64,000 bases of DNA, taken from positions 160,001-224,000 of the forward strand of contig CAVWGN010000001.1 of assembly GCA_963754655.1 (NCBI GenBank). Reading direction: 5' to 3'. Source of the DNA: an uncultured Chlamydiae bacterium (GTDB taxonomy: Bacteria > Chlamydiota > Chlamydiia > Chlamydiales > Parachlamydiaceae). The notes under the pieces were generated by a model. The model saw nothing but the letters and a program-made list of their open reading frames with translations. It was not told the DNA's origin and ran no database searches. Below, piece after piece: positions 39,091 to 49,849 of the stretch. A program made the translations under genes and the position numbers. The stretch's first letter is position 1; every line of letters starts with the position of its first letter.

Positions 39091-40223
39091 TATGTTGCAC
39101 TTTCCAAACTGGAGTGTAAATCGCTAATGATAGGATGATTTTGACGATCCAAAGTAACAGTATAATTCAATTTCCCAGTGACTGCATTTGCTAATATGAT
39201 TTTCTCTCCGCCCTTTTGCTCTTGCCACTCACGACGGATATCTAAAGAACCAGTGACTTCCACTTTCACTTTTTCTATCGCATGTGTCTCCGCATTGCGG
39301 ATAAATTCTAAGTGCACTGGCGGTAAATTTTGGGAAAATTTAGCAATTAATTTAAAGTTTTTATCTTCACTAGTGGGGTCTGGCCATGAGACATCGCCTG
39401 TATCCAAATTGAACTTCACTATCGCTGCATCAAATATGTTATTCAAACTGGTTTGATTAGCAACTAATTGAAGAGCTGTCTCCCAACGTTCATCTTGCTC
39501 TGTTTGAAATAAATCTTGTAAGGCTTGTACACCCGCCTTTACTCTTGTTTCTCCGTTAAGTTGATAAGAGGGCTGTGGATGATGATCATCAATTTGTAAA
39601 TAGGAGTCTTTCCTTAAAAAAGCAATGCCTCTTTGTAAATCATTCGCAAATTGAGGAACAGATTTCCCTTGCAATTCTTCCTTCGGAAAATCTTTTATCA
39701 TTCTATCCTGAATGAGATCTAAACGATCTTGATCTGATACCTCACTCTTCAATTCTTGCAAAAGCTGCGGGAGACGTTGAATTTGGTGATGGATTGTATC
39801 TTCTATTTTTCCCCCTTCTCGACTGGATTGAGATCTTCTAGGACCTAACAAAAAATTAATAATTTTATTAAACGCGTTTGTTATCTTCTTATGCGGTTTG
39901 TTTTTCTGTTTTGTTAATTTTTTAGTATATATTTGAATGTTTTTTTTTAAACCTTCCATATCTCCTATTTCTGTAGGATTAGATGAAAAAGACTCCTCTA
40001 AGTTTTGCAACTGATCGCGAGAAATCTTTTTAATCTCATTTAGGGAAAGCTTTTTGATATTTCCCCTTATTTCTGATTCATTAAGCGTATAATAAACATG
40101 TCCATCCTTCACAATAGATAGACGATCTTCAGAATTTACGTTTGTTTGAGTCCTTTCTGTTAACTTCAAAATGGATAGCCATTCTTGAGGCGATGAAGAT
40201 GATGAACTCGTTGCATTATTCAT
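39090..40223 (-). CDS. Hypothetical protein, effector-like (Ser-rich N-terminus)
   Basis: MNNATSSSSSSP; RBS ggaga; low GC; no known domain seen. Confidence 0.6.
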   Translation of the reverse strand: MNNATSSSSSSPQEWLSILKLTERTQTNVNSEDRLSIVKDGHVYYTLNESEIRGNIKKLSLNEIKKISRDQLQNLEESFSSNPTEIGDMEGLKKNIQIYTKKLTKQKNKPHKKITNAFNKIINFLLGPRRSQSSREGGKIEDTIHHQIQRLPQLLQELKSEVSDQDRLDLIQDRMIKDFPKEELQGKSVPQFANDLQRGIAFLRKDSYLQIDDHHPQPSYQLNGETRVKAGVQALQDLFQTEQDERWETALQLVANQTSLNNIFDAAIVKFNLDTGDVSWPDPTSEDKNFKLIAKFSQNLPPVHLEFIRNAETHAIEKVKVEVTGSLDIRREWQEQKGGEKIILANAVTGKLNYTVTLDRQNHPIISDLHSSLESAT

Positions 40224-40550
40224 AAATAAATCTCCACTAAATTACTATTGGTATATATTTAATTATAATTTAATTTTAATTATGTTTATATTTATTTTTT
40301 TTTACAAATTCAAAAATAAATAATTAAAATTAATCTGATGGATTTAAATTTTGTTATCAAATAATTGAAACTTATGAAGATGTGATAAGAGCATCGGCGT
40401 GTTTGAAAAATATTATCAAAAAGCGATTTTAAAAGCCGTTATCCCTAATAGGAAAAAATGGAAATTGGTATTTTCAACATATATATGAAAAATAAAATAT
40501 GCTATGTTCATTTCAAAAATGAAATATCCCATTAATTCTTATGGAGAAAT

Positions 40551-42452
40551 ATGAATACCTCGCTATTGCCAACTGGAGTAGGACAATTGACGCACCGTTT
40601 AGTGGATATATACTCTTACATTGATTCTAATCTTAAAAGGATGTCTCCTTCCTCTCTTGTACTAGGAACCACGCTTACAGCAACGATTACTCTATTAGCT
40701 CTTCATCATTTGAAAAAACGCTGCCAACCAAGATGGAGTGAAACAAGGTGGGAACAAATCGGTCGATTGGCATTGACCTACTCCTCCTATATTAAGGGTA
40801 AATATACGCAAGAAATTGATAAACAATTGGCCCATTTTCAACAATCTGTGCTAAAGAAATGGGAGCCTTTCGGAAAGCTATTTACCAGCATCCCAGAAGA
40901 GGGCATGGATCTTAAAAGCTTAATAAAATTAATTGATCGCTATGATGAAATGACTGTTTCGGCTTTAAAAGGCAAACAGATATCTGGAACTATTTATTCT
41001 AAAAGCCTGGATAAAGGACCTGAAATCCCTACTCAGCTTGTTGAATGGTCTCATCAGATCAAACAAGGCCCTTTTGACGACGATGGAGAATATTGCAGCC
41101 ATTTATCACAAAAGCTAGAATTCCTCTTTACCTATGCTTTTAATCGTTCTTATTTATGGAATTCTCTGCACGGCGATGAATTTCCCATAGGCGATTGCCT
41201 TAATTATCAAGTTGTGCGCATGGTTGCCAGTATGTTTGGAGGAAAGTCAGACGAAGTTAAAGGATTTGTAACTTCAGGTGGGACAGAAAGTTTAATGCTT
41301 GCGCTTCGCATCTACCGAAACTGGGGAATCATCAACCGAGGACATGGACCGGGAGAAGGGGTTGTCATTGCCAGTGAAGATGTCCATGCAGCTATTTTAA
41401 AAGGAGGCGCATCGTCATTGGTCAAAGTTGAACTTGTCAAAACAAATGATGGCAGAATAGATATCAAACATTTACAAGAGCTTGTTGATCAACACGGACA
41501 GAAAGTCGTTGCCATTATTGCATCTGCTCCTTCTTACCCAATAGGAATCATAGATCCCATACATACAATGGCAATCATCGCCCAAAATAATGGTTGTGGT
41601 TTACATGTCGATTGTTGTTTAGGTGCATTTATCATTAATCACTTATCAAAAGACAATAAAAATCTAACTGCTTATTTGTCTATTCCTGGTGTAACAAGCT
41701 TATCAGCAGATAATCATAAATATGGGCTGGGTCCAAAGGGTGTGTCAACCTTAGTCACCAAAGAGCTTGACTCAATCAATCTTGCCTATCATTCAATTTA
41801 TGCAGTACCCGAATGGAGTGGGGGGGTATATGGAACTCCAAAAGATGCTGGCAGCCAATCTTGCGTTTCATCTTTCAATGCTTTTTTAGCTATGCTAGCT
41901 ACAGGTAAAAAAGGTTACGAACGAATAGCAAAATCCATTTATCAAACATCTTCCCAATTAGCCGAGGAGCTTAAAAATTTTAAGGACAAGCTACAGGTGA
42001 TTGCTGAGCCTGAAGCTAACGTCGTGGCATTTCAAATGAATAAAAATTGGGGCTTGCGAAAAGGGGCAATTTATGCTTTTACTCATATCATGGCCAAAGA
42101 ACATAAAATTATCCTGAATACTTTAAATCATGAGAAAGTTCACTTCTGCGTTACTTCACGCTTTGCTGGTGATCCAGCAGCTTTAACGATTTTTAAAGAG
42201 GCTGTTGAAAAAAGTTTAGATGCTGTTGAGCAATTGAATAATCAGGGGACAAATTTTCCCGGCGATTCAGGAATGTACTGTGCATTAGAAGCAGCCATGA
42301 ATCCTAAGAAGGAGGATTTGATCCTCCTAAAATTTATCGAGAATGTAGTGTTGGGCCGGCTAGCAGCAAGAGATGCTGTACGTGCCTATTTTTTAGCACA
42401 ACTTGATCCCTATAAAAATTATGCAAAAACCGCTCAAGATCAGACCCATTAA
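40551..42452 (+). CDS. Sphingosine-1-phosphate lyase-like PLP-dependent enzyme
   Basis: ISGTIY, NSLH..EFP, GFVTSGGTESL, SAPSYP.G.IDP, HVDCCLGAF, PGVTSLSADNHKYGLGPKG, W.GG.Y..P..AGS, G.Y; N-terminal hydrophobic segment. Confidence 0.8.
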   Translation: MNTSLLPTGVGQLTHRLVDIYSYIDSNLKRMSPSSLVLGTTLTATITLLALHHLKKRCQPRWSETRWEQIGRLALTYSSYIKGKYTQEIDKQLAHFQQSVLKKWEPFGKLFTSIPEEGMDLKSLIKLIDRYDEMTVSALKGKQISGTIYSKSLDKGPEIPTQLVEWSHQIKQGPFDDDGEYCSHLSQKLEFLFTYAFNRSYLWNSLHGDEFPIGDCLNYQVVRMVASMFGGKSDEVKGFVTSGGTESLMLALRIYRNWGIINRGHGPGEGVVIASEDVHAAILKGGASSLVKVELVKTNDGRIDIKHLQELVDQHGQKVVAIIASAPSYPIGIIDPIHTMAIIAQNNGCGLHVDCCLGAFIINHLSKDNKNLTAYLSIPGVTSLSADNHKYGLGPKGVSTLVTKELDSINLAYHSIYAVPEWSGGVYGTPKDAGSQSCVSSFNAFLAMLATGKKGYERIAKSIYQTSSQLAEELKNFKDKLQVIAEPEANVVAFQMNKNWGLRKGAIYAFTHIMAKEHKIILNTLNHEKVHFCVTSRFAGDPAALTIFKEAVEKSLDAVEQLNNQGTNFPGDSGMYCALEAAMNPKKEDLILLKFIENVVLGRLAARDAVRAYFLAQLDPYKNYAKTAQDQTH

Positions 42453-42473
42453 GTCAAGAGTTAATCCATCTTT

Positions 42474-43193
42474 TCATTCATTCAAAGCCCAGTCAATGGG
42501 CTCTTGATGCTGCTTTTTCAAAAATTCATTGATTTTAGAAAAATGGTGGCAGCCAAAAAAACCATGATTAGCGGAATAAGGAGAGGGATGGGCAGCCGTT
42601 AATACCAAGTGGCGCGAAGGGATCTCTTCTTGTTGCACATAACGGCATTTATCTTGAGCTGACTTGCCCCAAAGCACAAAAACGACAGGATCTTTACGCT
42701 CTTCCAACTTGCGCACAGCGGCATCCGTAAAACTTTCCCATCCTCGCCCATGATGAGATAAAGGCTCTCCCTGGCGTACAGTCAAGGTGGCGTTAAGCAA
42801 TAACACCCCTTGACGCGCCCAAGGAATCAAACAACCACTCTTGGGCTTGGGAATATGCACATCAGATTCTAATTCTTTAAAAATATTTTGCAAAGAAGGA
42901 GGAGGTTTGATGCCTTTGGGCACGCTGAAACTTAAGCCATGCGCCTGACCAGGCCCATGATAGGGATCTTGTCCCATAATGAGAACCTTCACTTGATCAA
43001 AAGGTGTTTGATAAAATGCATTAAAAATAAGCTCTTGGGGAGGATAAATGGGAACAGGTGCCATGGCATATTCTTTTTCAACGAAAGCAGCAAGCTCTGC
43101 CACATAAGGCTCTTGCAATTCATCTTGTAGCTTGTGTTGCCAGCTAGGCTCGAGTACGAAAGGCGTAAAAGAAGAAGAAGAGTGACGACTCAT
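42474..43193 (-). CDS. ung: Uracil-DNA glycosylase
   Basis: GQDPYH, LLLNATLTV, HPSPYS. Confidence 0.97.
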   Translation of the reverse strand: MSRHSSSSFTPFVLEPSWQHKLQDELQEPYVAELAAFVEKEYAMAPVPIYPPQELIFNAFYQTPFDQVKVLIMGQDPYHGPGQAHGLSFSVPKGIKPPPSLQNIFKELESDVHIPKPKSGCLIPWARQGVLLLNATLTVRQGEPLSHHGRGWESFTDAAVRKLEERKDPVVFVLWGKSAQDKCRYVQQEEIPSRHLVLTAAHPSPYSANHGFFGCHHFSKINEFLKKQHQEPIDWALNE

Positions 43194-43930
43194 GGCAATC
43201 CTATCAATTGTTGAATTTGCTGCAAAAGAGCAACAATTTGTTTTTTTTGTGTAATTGTCAATTCTTGAGCAGCTTGTTTGATCTGTTGGTGCATACGCTG
43301 AAGCACTTGAATTAACGACTTTCCCATTTGTTGTTGGCGTCTATCGGTTTGATCCAAGGGAAAATTTTGTCGGATTAGCGTTAACATCTCCGTTTTGGTT
43401 TCTCCTTGATAATTTTCCACAATTTCTTGCTTTTTTTCCAGACTTCCCTTGCGGCTTGCCAATACATAAACAGCTTGACGAGGCATAAGTTCAATTTGGG
43501 GACGAAGTTGCTTAGGCATTGCTTCGCAAAATTCATAGTATTGCATGAGATTATAGGGAGTCTGACGATTGCCATAAGTAGCCATAAGCCAAGCGGTAAA
43601 AGCGCCCTCACGATAACTAATGAAGATTTGATGAGCCTTTTTAATACGCTCCCCATGTAAAAGGGCGGCTTGATTATTGATTGCCTTTACTTCAGAAGTC
43701 AACGAGATGAGGGTATCTAAATCAGCACGAATGTCTCGCTCCTCATCGGCATAATTTTTTAAAATCTCCTCAAGAAATTCTTTTTCTTTTGCACTCAGCT
43801 CAATAATACTAAAAACTCCAGAAAAACTTGTCAAATTTCCAGTCGCTGATTGCTTGGCCATCGCTGCCATTTTAGATGTATTCGAAGGTTTTTTCATGCG
43901 CTGATCGAGAATGGCGTTCACTTTCGTCAT
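43190..43930 (-). CDS. CT583/pGP6-D-like protein
   Basis: INNQAALLHGERIKKA..YREGAFTAWL..TYGNRQTPYN..QYYE; downstream of parA. Confidence 0.85.
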   Translation of the reverse strand: MTKVNAILDQRMKKPSNTSKMAAMAKQSATGNLTSFSGVFSIIELSAKEKEFLEEILKNYADEERDIRADLDTLISLTSEVKAINNQAALLHGERIKKAHQIFISYREGAFTAWLMATYGNRQTPYNLMQYYEFCEAMPKQLRPQIELMPRQAVYVLASRKGSLEKKQEIVENYQGETKTEMLTLIRQNFPLDQTDRRQQQMGKSLIQVLQRMHQQIKQAAQELTITQKKQIVALLQQIQQLIGLP

Positions 43931-44017
43931 GGCAATATTCTATCCTCATGTTCAAGTTCATTAAATGTAAAGCGGCTTTACATGTCAACAGAGCGCATGT
44001 AATCAGCTTAAGCACCC

Positions 44018-44779
44018 CTACTTAGAGGTGAGACGTTGTAAAATTTCCTTGGTCACTGCTAGATAATCTTCTCCAGCTCGGCTATCGGGATCGGTATCAA
44101 AGACGGGTTTGCCATAAATGGAGGCTTCAGAGACCGCAATATCGCGGCGAATTTTGTTGTGGAATGCCTTATTGGGAAAGGTGCGCTCGATGACATCTAA
44201 AAAGGCTTGATTGCTTTTTCCACGTGTGTTCCAGAAAGATAAAACGACACCTAGGACATTGAGAGGATGGCGCTGTCCGATGCTTCCCATAAATTGTCCC
44301 AAACGTTCCAATCCTTTGACGCTGTAAAATTCAGGCGTGGCACAAACTAACGTATGTTGAGCGGCGATTAAAGCTGATTCAGTGAGCCAGCAAAGGGAGG
44401 GAGGGGTATCGATGATGGTAAAATCATAGGGCAAAGAATGCAATAAATCGCGCAGTTTTTCATGTGAATAGCGGTCGGCTGCTAAAGAGCCGGTCACTTC
44501 CAAGCGTTCAAGCCAAGTATCGGCCGGAATTAAATCTAAATGAGGAATATAAGTGGATTGAACGACATCTTTGAGTTGTTTATTTCCTTGAAGAACAGGA
44601 GCTAAGCTGTCATTTTCATCGGGATCTAAACCCAAACCGGTGGTGAGATTGGCTTGAGCATCGAAATCGATAAGTAAGACTTTTTTCTTGTGAAATTTTG
44701 ACAAAGCAGCTCCAATATGAAGAGCTGTTGAGGTTTTAGCTGTTCCCCCTTTAAAGCTGCTAATGGCAATGGTTTGCAT
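44018..44779 (-). CDS. parA: ParA/MinD-family ATPase (CT582-like)
   Basis: FKGGTAKTST, IDFDAQANLT, IDTPPS; start placed at ATG 44779. Confidence 0.9.
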   Translation of the reverse strand: MQTIAISSFKGGTAKTSTALHIGAALSKFHKKKVLLIDFDAQANLTTGLGLDPDENDSLAPVLQGNKQLKDVVQSTYIPHLDLIPADTWLERLEVTGSLAADRYSHEKLRDLLHSLPYDFTIIDTPPSLCWLTESALIAAQHTLVCATPEFYSVKGLERLGQFMGSIGQRHPLNVLGVVLSFWNTRGKSNQAFLDVIERTFPNKAFHNKIRRDIAVSEASIYGKPVFDTDPDSRAGEDYLAVTKEILQRLTSK

Positions 44780-44789
44780 AAGAAAACCT

Positions 44790-46721
44790 TTAGGTTGCAG
44801 TCTGAGAAGCATAAGGAGAAGCGAACGCGCGTTGCTTTCTCTCTTCCTGAATATTTTTCAAAAAATCTTCAATTTGAATTTCGCCGTGAACGACGTTATC
44901 GCGCGTGCGCAAATTGATCGTTTTATGTTCCACTTCTTGATCGCCGACGGTCAAAATGTAGTTGGCTTGTGCCAGCTGAGCATTGCGTATTTTTTTGCTG
45001 ACTGATTCTTGGGTACTATCGGCTTCCACATGAAAGCCAGCCTGTCTAAATTTTTGCGCTAGTTGCTGGACATAGGGTTCATGGCGGTCAGCAACGGTCA
45101 AAATGCGAATTTGAAGTGGACTAAGCCATAAAGGAAATTTGCCGGCATAGTGTTCAATGAGAATTCCCAAGAAACGTTCAATTGATCCAAAGATAGCACG
45201 GTGAATCATCACTGGACGTTTACGTGTCCCATCTTGAGCGGTATATTCTAAATTAAAACGCTCAGGAAGAGCCATGTCAAGTTGAATGGTACCACATTGC
45301 CAGCTGCGATTGATGGCATCGCGAATATGAAAATCAATCTTGGGACCATAAAAGGCACCGTCGCCTTCATTGATGCGATACTCACGGTTCATTTGATCCA
45401 GGGCGCCCTTAAGTCCTGTTGTTGCCACTTCCCATTCTTCATCTGATCCAATGGTATTGGCTTCTGGGCGGGTCGATAACTCTAGGCGATAAGAAAGACC
45501 AAAAGTCGAGTAAATTTCGTCAGCTAATGCAATAACGGCTGTAATTTCTTGTTGAATATCGCTCGGTTTCATGAAAATGTGAGCATCATCTTGATGGAAG
45601 CTCCGTACTCGGAAAAGCCCAGAAAGCGATCCAGAAGGCTCAAAGCGATGGACATTGCCTATTTCTGCAATGCGTAAGGGAAGTTCGCGATAGCTATGGG
45701 TATGACTCTTGTAATACAACATACAGCCTGGACAATTCATAGGCTTAATGGCGAAGTCACGCTCTTCAACTTGTGAAGTAAACATATTTTGACGGTAGTT
45801 ATGCCAGTGGCCAGAAATTTCCCATAGTTCGCGTGTCATTAAAGTGGGAGTTTTAATTTCAATATAACCGTTGCGATTCAGACATTCCCGAATATAGGCA
45901 AGAAGCTCGTTCCAAATGATCAGCCCTTTAGGATGAATGAATGGCATACCAGGCGCTTCTTCTTTAAGAGAAAAGAGGTCAAGTTTAGGGCCTAAAACCT
46001 TATGATCTCTTTTTTTGGCTTCTTCAAGCTGTTGTAGATAATCCTTAAGCAGTTTGCGATCAGGATAAGTAATGGCGTAGATACGAGTCAGCATTTCATT
46101 TTTGGAATCGCCTCGCCAATAAGCTCCAGCCGTTTTCATGACTTTCAATGCTTTGATTTTCCCTAAATTGTATAGGTGAGGTCCGCGGCATAAATCAAAA
46201 AATTCTCCTTGACGATAGCCGGTTAAAGGACTGCCTTCTTCAAAACTTTGAATGAGTTCGCATTTATAGGGATTATGGTTAAATAAGCGTAAAGCCTCTT
46301 CTTTAGAAGGAAGGACTTCTCTTTGCGAAAGAAAGTTGGAAGCCACGACGTTTTGCATTTCTTTTTCAATGCGCTCAAAATCAGCATCAGAAATATGCAA
46401 ATTAGCAAAATCATAGTAGAAGCCATTTTCAATGGGAGGACCAATGGTGGGTTTGGCATCGGGCCATAGGCGTAAAATGGCTTGTGCTAAAACGTGAGCA
46501 GAAGTATGCCAGAAAATTTCTTTCCCTTCCGGGTCTTCAAAATTCCAAATACTGACATGATCTCCTTGTTTTAAAGGATGAGAAAGATCAACTGTTTTGC
46601 CGTTGATCGATGCCCCCAATGCTTGATGAGGTCCTTTTAAATTCAATTTGTCCGCTAGATCTTTGGCCGTACTTCCCTCAGGAAGTTCAAGGGAGGATTG
46701 ATCTTTCAAGTAAATGAACAT
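44790..46721 (-). CDS. thrS: Threonine--tRNA ligase
   Basis: TGS domain, HTSAH, DLCRGPH, RDH, KPMNCPG, QDDAH, YGPKID, HRAIFGSIERF. Confidence 0.98.
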   Translation of the reverse strand: MFIYLKDQSSLELPEGSTAKDLADKLNLKGPHQALGASINGKTVDLSHPLKQGDHVSIWNFEDPEGKEIFWHTSAHVLAQAILRLWPDAKPTIGPPIENGFYYDFANLHISDADFERIEKEMQNVVASNFLSQREVLPSKEEALRLFNHNPYKCELIQSFEEGSPLTGYRQGEFFDLCRGPHLYNLGKIKALKVMKTAGAYWRGDSKNEMLTRIYAITYPDRKLLKDYLQQLEEAKKRDHKVLGPKLDLFSLKEEAPGMPFIHPKGLIIWNELLAYIRECLNRNGYIEIKTPTLMTRELWEISGHWHNYRQNMFTSQVEERDFAIKPMNCPGCMLYYKSHTHSYRELPLRIAEIGNVHRFEPSGSLSGLFRVRSFHQDDAHIFMKPSDIQQEITAVIALADEIYSTFGLSYRLELSTRPEANTIGSDEEWEVATTGLKGALDQMNREYRINEGDGAFYGPKIDFHIRDAINRSWQCGTIQLDMALPERFNLEYTAQDGTRKRPVMIHRAIFGSIERFLGILIEHYAGKFPLWLSPLQIRILTVADRHEPYVQQLAQKFRQAGFHVEADSTQESVSKKIRNAQLAQANYILTVGDQEVEHKTINLRTRDNVVHGEIQIEDFLKNIQEERKQRAFASPYASQTAT

Positions 46722-46776
46722 GTTTTCTTTCCTTATAGCTATGACTGAAAAGATTCAGTTTACAGCAAGGATGAAA

Positions 46777-46895
46777 AAAAGTGTAGATTGACAAAGGGTA
46801 AAAGCACCTAAAAGACGAAAAAGTAAAGAAATAACGGGGCTTAGCTTACGTTTTTGTCTTTTAGGTGCTTTTTATCTTTTGCAATCTACACTTTT
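46777..46895. repeat. AT-rich imperfect palindrome (~50-bp arms)
   Basis: aaaagtgtagattg...aaaagcacctaaaagac / gtcttttaggtgctttt...caatctacactttt. Confidence 0.7.
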
Positions 46896-46928
46896 AATTG
46901 TTCCTATTTAAAATACACTGGCCTGTGC

Positions 46929-48299
46929 TTATAAGTCATTAGTGATAATCTGGAGATCTTTGAAGTCTTGAGACAAATTATTCTTTATTCCTTTCTCTGT
47001 TAGTGCATCGCACCCGGTGATATTAAGTACTTTAAGATTTTTTGGCAAATTCTTCATGTCTTTATCTATTAATAGAGGACAGTATGATAAATTAAGATAT
47101 TCAAGATCTGGGGGTAACTTGTTTAGACTGTCAGCTTTAAAAAAGCTGCCCGATAAATTAAGCTTCTTAAGCTTTTGGGGTAAATTCTCTAATTCCTGCT
47201 CTGTTACGGTACGTAATCCAGCTAGGTGTATAGTAAGAGACTCAAGATCTTCAGGTAAATTTTTTATCGCCTCTTCTGTTAAGAGTGGGTTTTGAACTAA
47301 TGTCAGTGCTTTAAGATTTTTAGGCAATTGTTTTATTCCTTCATTGGTGAGGCGCGAGCATTGGATAAGTGCAATCGTTTTAAGATTTGCCGGTAAATTC
47401 CCTAATACTGTATTTATTGGCCCCTTGAGGTTCTTGATATTAAGATACTCAAGAGCGGGCAAATTCTTTAGGCCTTTTGATAAAAAGCATCCGGATAAAT
47501 CAATCGTCCTAAGATGTGGTAAATTTATGAAATGCTCTGGCAATAAAACCCAATCACTAGATATTTTAAGAGATTGAAGATCTTTAGGTAAATTTTCTAT
47601 TCCTGCTTCTGTCAATGATGAACATTGAATTAATGACAAAGCTTTAAGCTTTTGAGGCAAATTTTTTAGTCCTTCATCTGTTAAATGATTGCAATTAACT
47701 AAATTAAGCACCTTAAGATTTGGACAGTATTTTAATAGGTTTTTTAGATCTTCATCTGATAGAGGAGTGTCTTCTAAATGAAGCTTTTTCAAAAACTCTC
47801 CCACTTGTTTGATCATTTTTAGCTTTATTTCGAAGGGGATAGGGTTTTTTGCCTTGGAACTCCTATAGTGTAATTCTTCTTCCTCTAATATCGAAACTAA
47901 TACTCGAGGATCTTGCATAAGTTGTTGAGAATTTTTGGCTGTCCTTCCGAATGCATTTTGCGTTTCTTCGTCCCACTGTTTCAAAAAAGAAATCAGCACA
48001 TCTTCTGGTAAATTTTCTATCGTTTTTCCAGTCTCAAAGTTTTTGCAAATTTCATTTATTTTTTGAACTACTGGATCATGAGGATCCACTTCTTCTTGAA
48101 TAAGTTTGGATTTGATAGTGAGAAGATAAGATTGAGCATCTTGTTGACTAATGTAATTTACCCCTCGCTGCAATATTTCTAAAATTTCAGGGAGATGTTG
48201 TTTAGGGTTGCTTGCGATTAATGGATCTAGCCGCTCGTGAAATTGAGTATTTGAAGAAATTTCAGATGGGTCATTGGTTGGTCTTGCGCCTATATTCAT
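46929..48299 (-). CDS. F-box-like plus leucine-rich-repeat protein (candidate effector)
   Basis: IENLPEDVLISFL followed by about 12 repeats of LKxLxLxxCxxLTxEGIKNLP. Confidence 0.85.
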   Translation of the reverse strand: MNIGARPTNDPSEISSNTQFHERLDPLIASNPKQHLPEILEILQRGVNYISQQDAQSYLLTIKSKLIQEEVDPHDPVVQKINEICKNFETGKTIENLPEDVLISFLKQWDEETQNAFGRTAKNSQQLMQDPRVLVSILEEEELHYRSSKAKNPIPFEIKLKMIKQVGEFLKKLHLEDTPLSDEDLKNLLKYCPNLKVLNLVNCNHLTDEGLKNLPQKLKALSLIQCSSLTEAGIENLPKDLQSLKISSDWVLLPEHFINLPHLRTIDLSGCFLSKGLKNLPALEYLNIKNLKGPINTVLGNLPANLKTIALIQCSRLTNEGIKQLPKNLKALTLVQNPLLTEEAIKNLPEDLESLTIHLAGLRTVTEQELENLPQKLKKLNLSGSFFKADSLNKLPPDLEYLNLSYCPLLIDKDMKNLPKNLKVLNITGCDALTEKGIKNNLSQDFKDLQIITNDL

Positions 48300-48589
48300 A
48301 TGATTCTCCTTTCTAAAGACAATTATCTTTAATTGAAAATTTGTAAAATCAAGTTTTAACTTCTATTTTGATTACAATAAATACTCAAAAATCAACTAAT
48401 TACATTATAAAAAATAATTTTTATTTAATCCAATAATATTTGAATTTAAATAAGTGAATTAAACAAATTATTATTTAAAAAGGATGTAAAAGATAAAGAT
48501 CAAGATAAAGAAGAAGAAAAGATACTTGAAAATAAAAAGAGATATGTTTTCTTTATCTCTTGCGTTCCTTATCTTTATTATCTGAGTTG

Positions 48590-48987
48590 TTTTGACTAAA
48601 AACATTTGACACTTGCAGCCCTTCAGGCTGCATGACACAACTCACTCAACCCCAGGGCGTTGCCCTGGGCTTTTGCTCTTACAGCCCTTCAGGCTGAGGC
48701 AGGGAATCTCAGCTTGGCATAAGTCCTTCAGGCTCTAAGCAATGACTGTAGGTTATAATAAGCCCTTCAGCTGATGCAGTGAATCTCAGCGTGCCATAAG
48801 TCCTTCAGGCTCTAGCAGTGACTCTTAGCTTGCAATATTAGACCTGCTGTCTAAAAGTGTACACTATGAGATTTCGTGCATCAGCCTGAAGGGCTGTAAG
48901 TGCAATAGCTCAGGGCAACGCCCTGGGGTTGAGCAGGTTGTGTCATGCAGCCTGAAGGGCTGCAAGTGTCAAATATGTTAGTCAAAA
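48590..48987. repeat. Long REP-like palindrome (~120-bp arms) with tandem REP units in the loop
   Basis: gcagcccttcaggctgc..cccagggcgttgccctgggct..cagcccttcaggctg mirrored; ~65-bp duplication 48683-48747 / 48761-48823. Confidence 0.9.
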
Positions 48988-49168
48988 TATCCTGCTATTA
49001 GCCTGTTGGACTAAACTTTTATTTAGTCAAAGTGGTGATTAAATAAATTATTTATTAACAAAATTTGATTTTGTTATAATAGTGAGATAGATATTGTAGT
49101 CATTTTAGTCCTTCTCCTTTCAGAAAAAGGAGTGTGAATAGAACTTCCTATAAATTTTAGGTTAAAAC

Positions 49169-49666
49169 ATGAAACAATCCGCATCTCATCATCCAAAAGA
49201 AGAAATGATTCAAACCTTCCAAAATGTTTGGAAGCATGCAAGCGAAACAGAAAGAAATTATATTAAAAATATGTGGGCCATGATCATGAAACCGGTTCAT
49301 GTCATCAATTGGAAGTCTTTTGGCAACTCCAATGAATATGAACTTGAATTAGAAAAAGAAATTTTGGGGACTCATCCCGATTTTCCAATTGGGCAATTGA
49401 TCTTAAAGCAAAAGATGAAAATTGCCCTCTTTGAAGAAAAAGAGCAGGAGGCAAACCATTATCGCCAAATCATCGATTTTCCTGACAAAGGCATTTGTTT
49501 TCGCATAGGAATAGGATGGCTTTCAAAAGACAGTGCGGTGGAACGCATCTTTGTTGAAGAAAATCAGCAGCAGGAGATTTGGTGTACTGTTAAAGCTTTG
49601 GGACAGAGTATTGCTCGATCATCAGATGAAACATTGGCGTTCTGGAAAAAAGCCCAATGGAGCTGA
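49169..49666 (+). CDS. Hypothetical protein
   Basis: Open ORF with ATG; no motif. Confidence 0.6.
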   Translation: MKQSASHHPKEEMIQTFQNVWKHASETERNYIKNMWAMIMKPVHVINWKSFGNSNEYELELEKEILGTHPDFPIGQLILKQKMKIALFEEKEQEANHYRQIIDFPDKGICFRIGIGWLSKDSAVERIFVEENQQQEIWCTVKALGQSIARSSDETLAFWKKAQWS

Positions 49667-49849
49667 TCTCTCCACTGAACTTATTGTTATTATTGGTTGC
49701 AAGTCTCTTATTTAAAAAAAGCTTAAAAGTTTAAAATTTTGGAGATTAAATAGTTGATTTTCTAAATAAATTTTTTATAACACCTGTCCTTTTAATAGTG
49801 ATAAAGTTAACTTGCTGGCAATATGAAATTTTCCTAACCGGATTGATTT

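Noticed and set aside
48680..48830. Repeated ccttcaggct units suggesting a CRISPR array
   Set aside because: The spacers are themselves duplicated, the repeats are short and degenerate, and there are no cas genes; these are tandem REP units.
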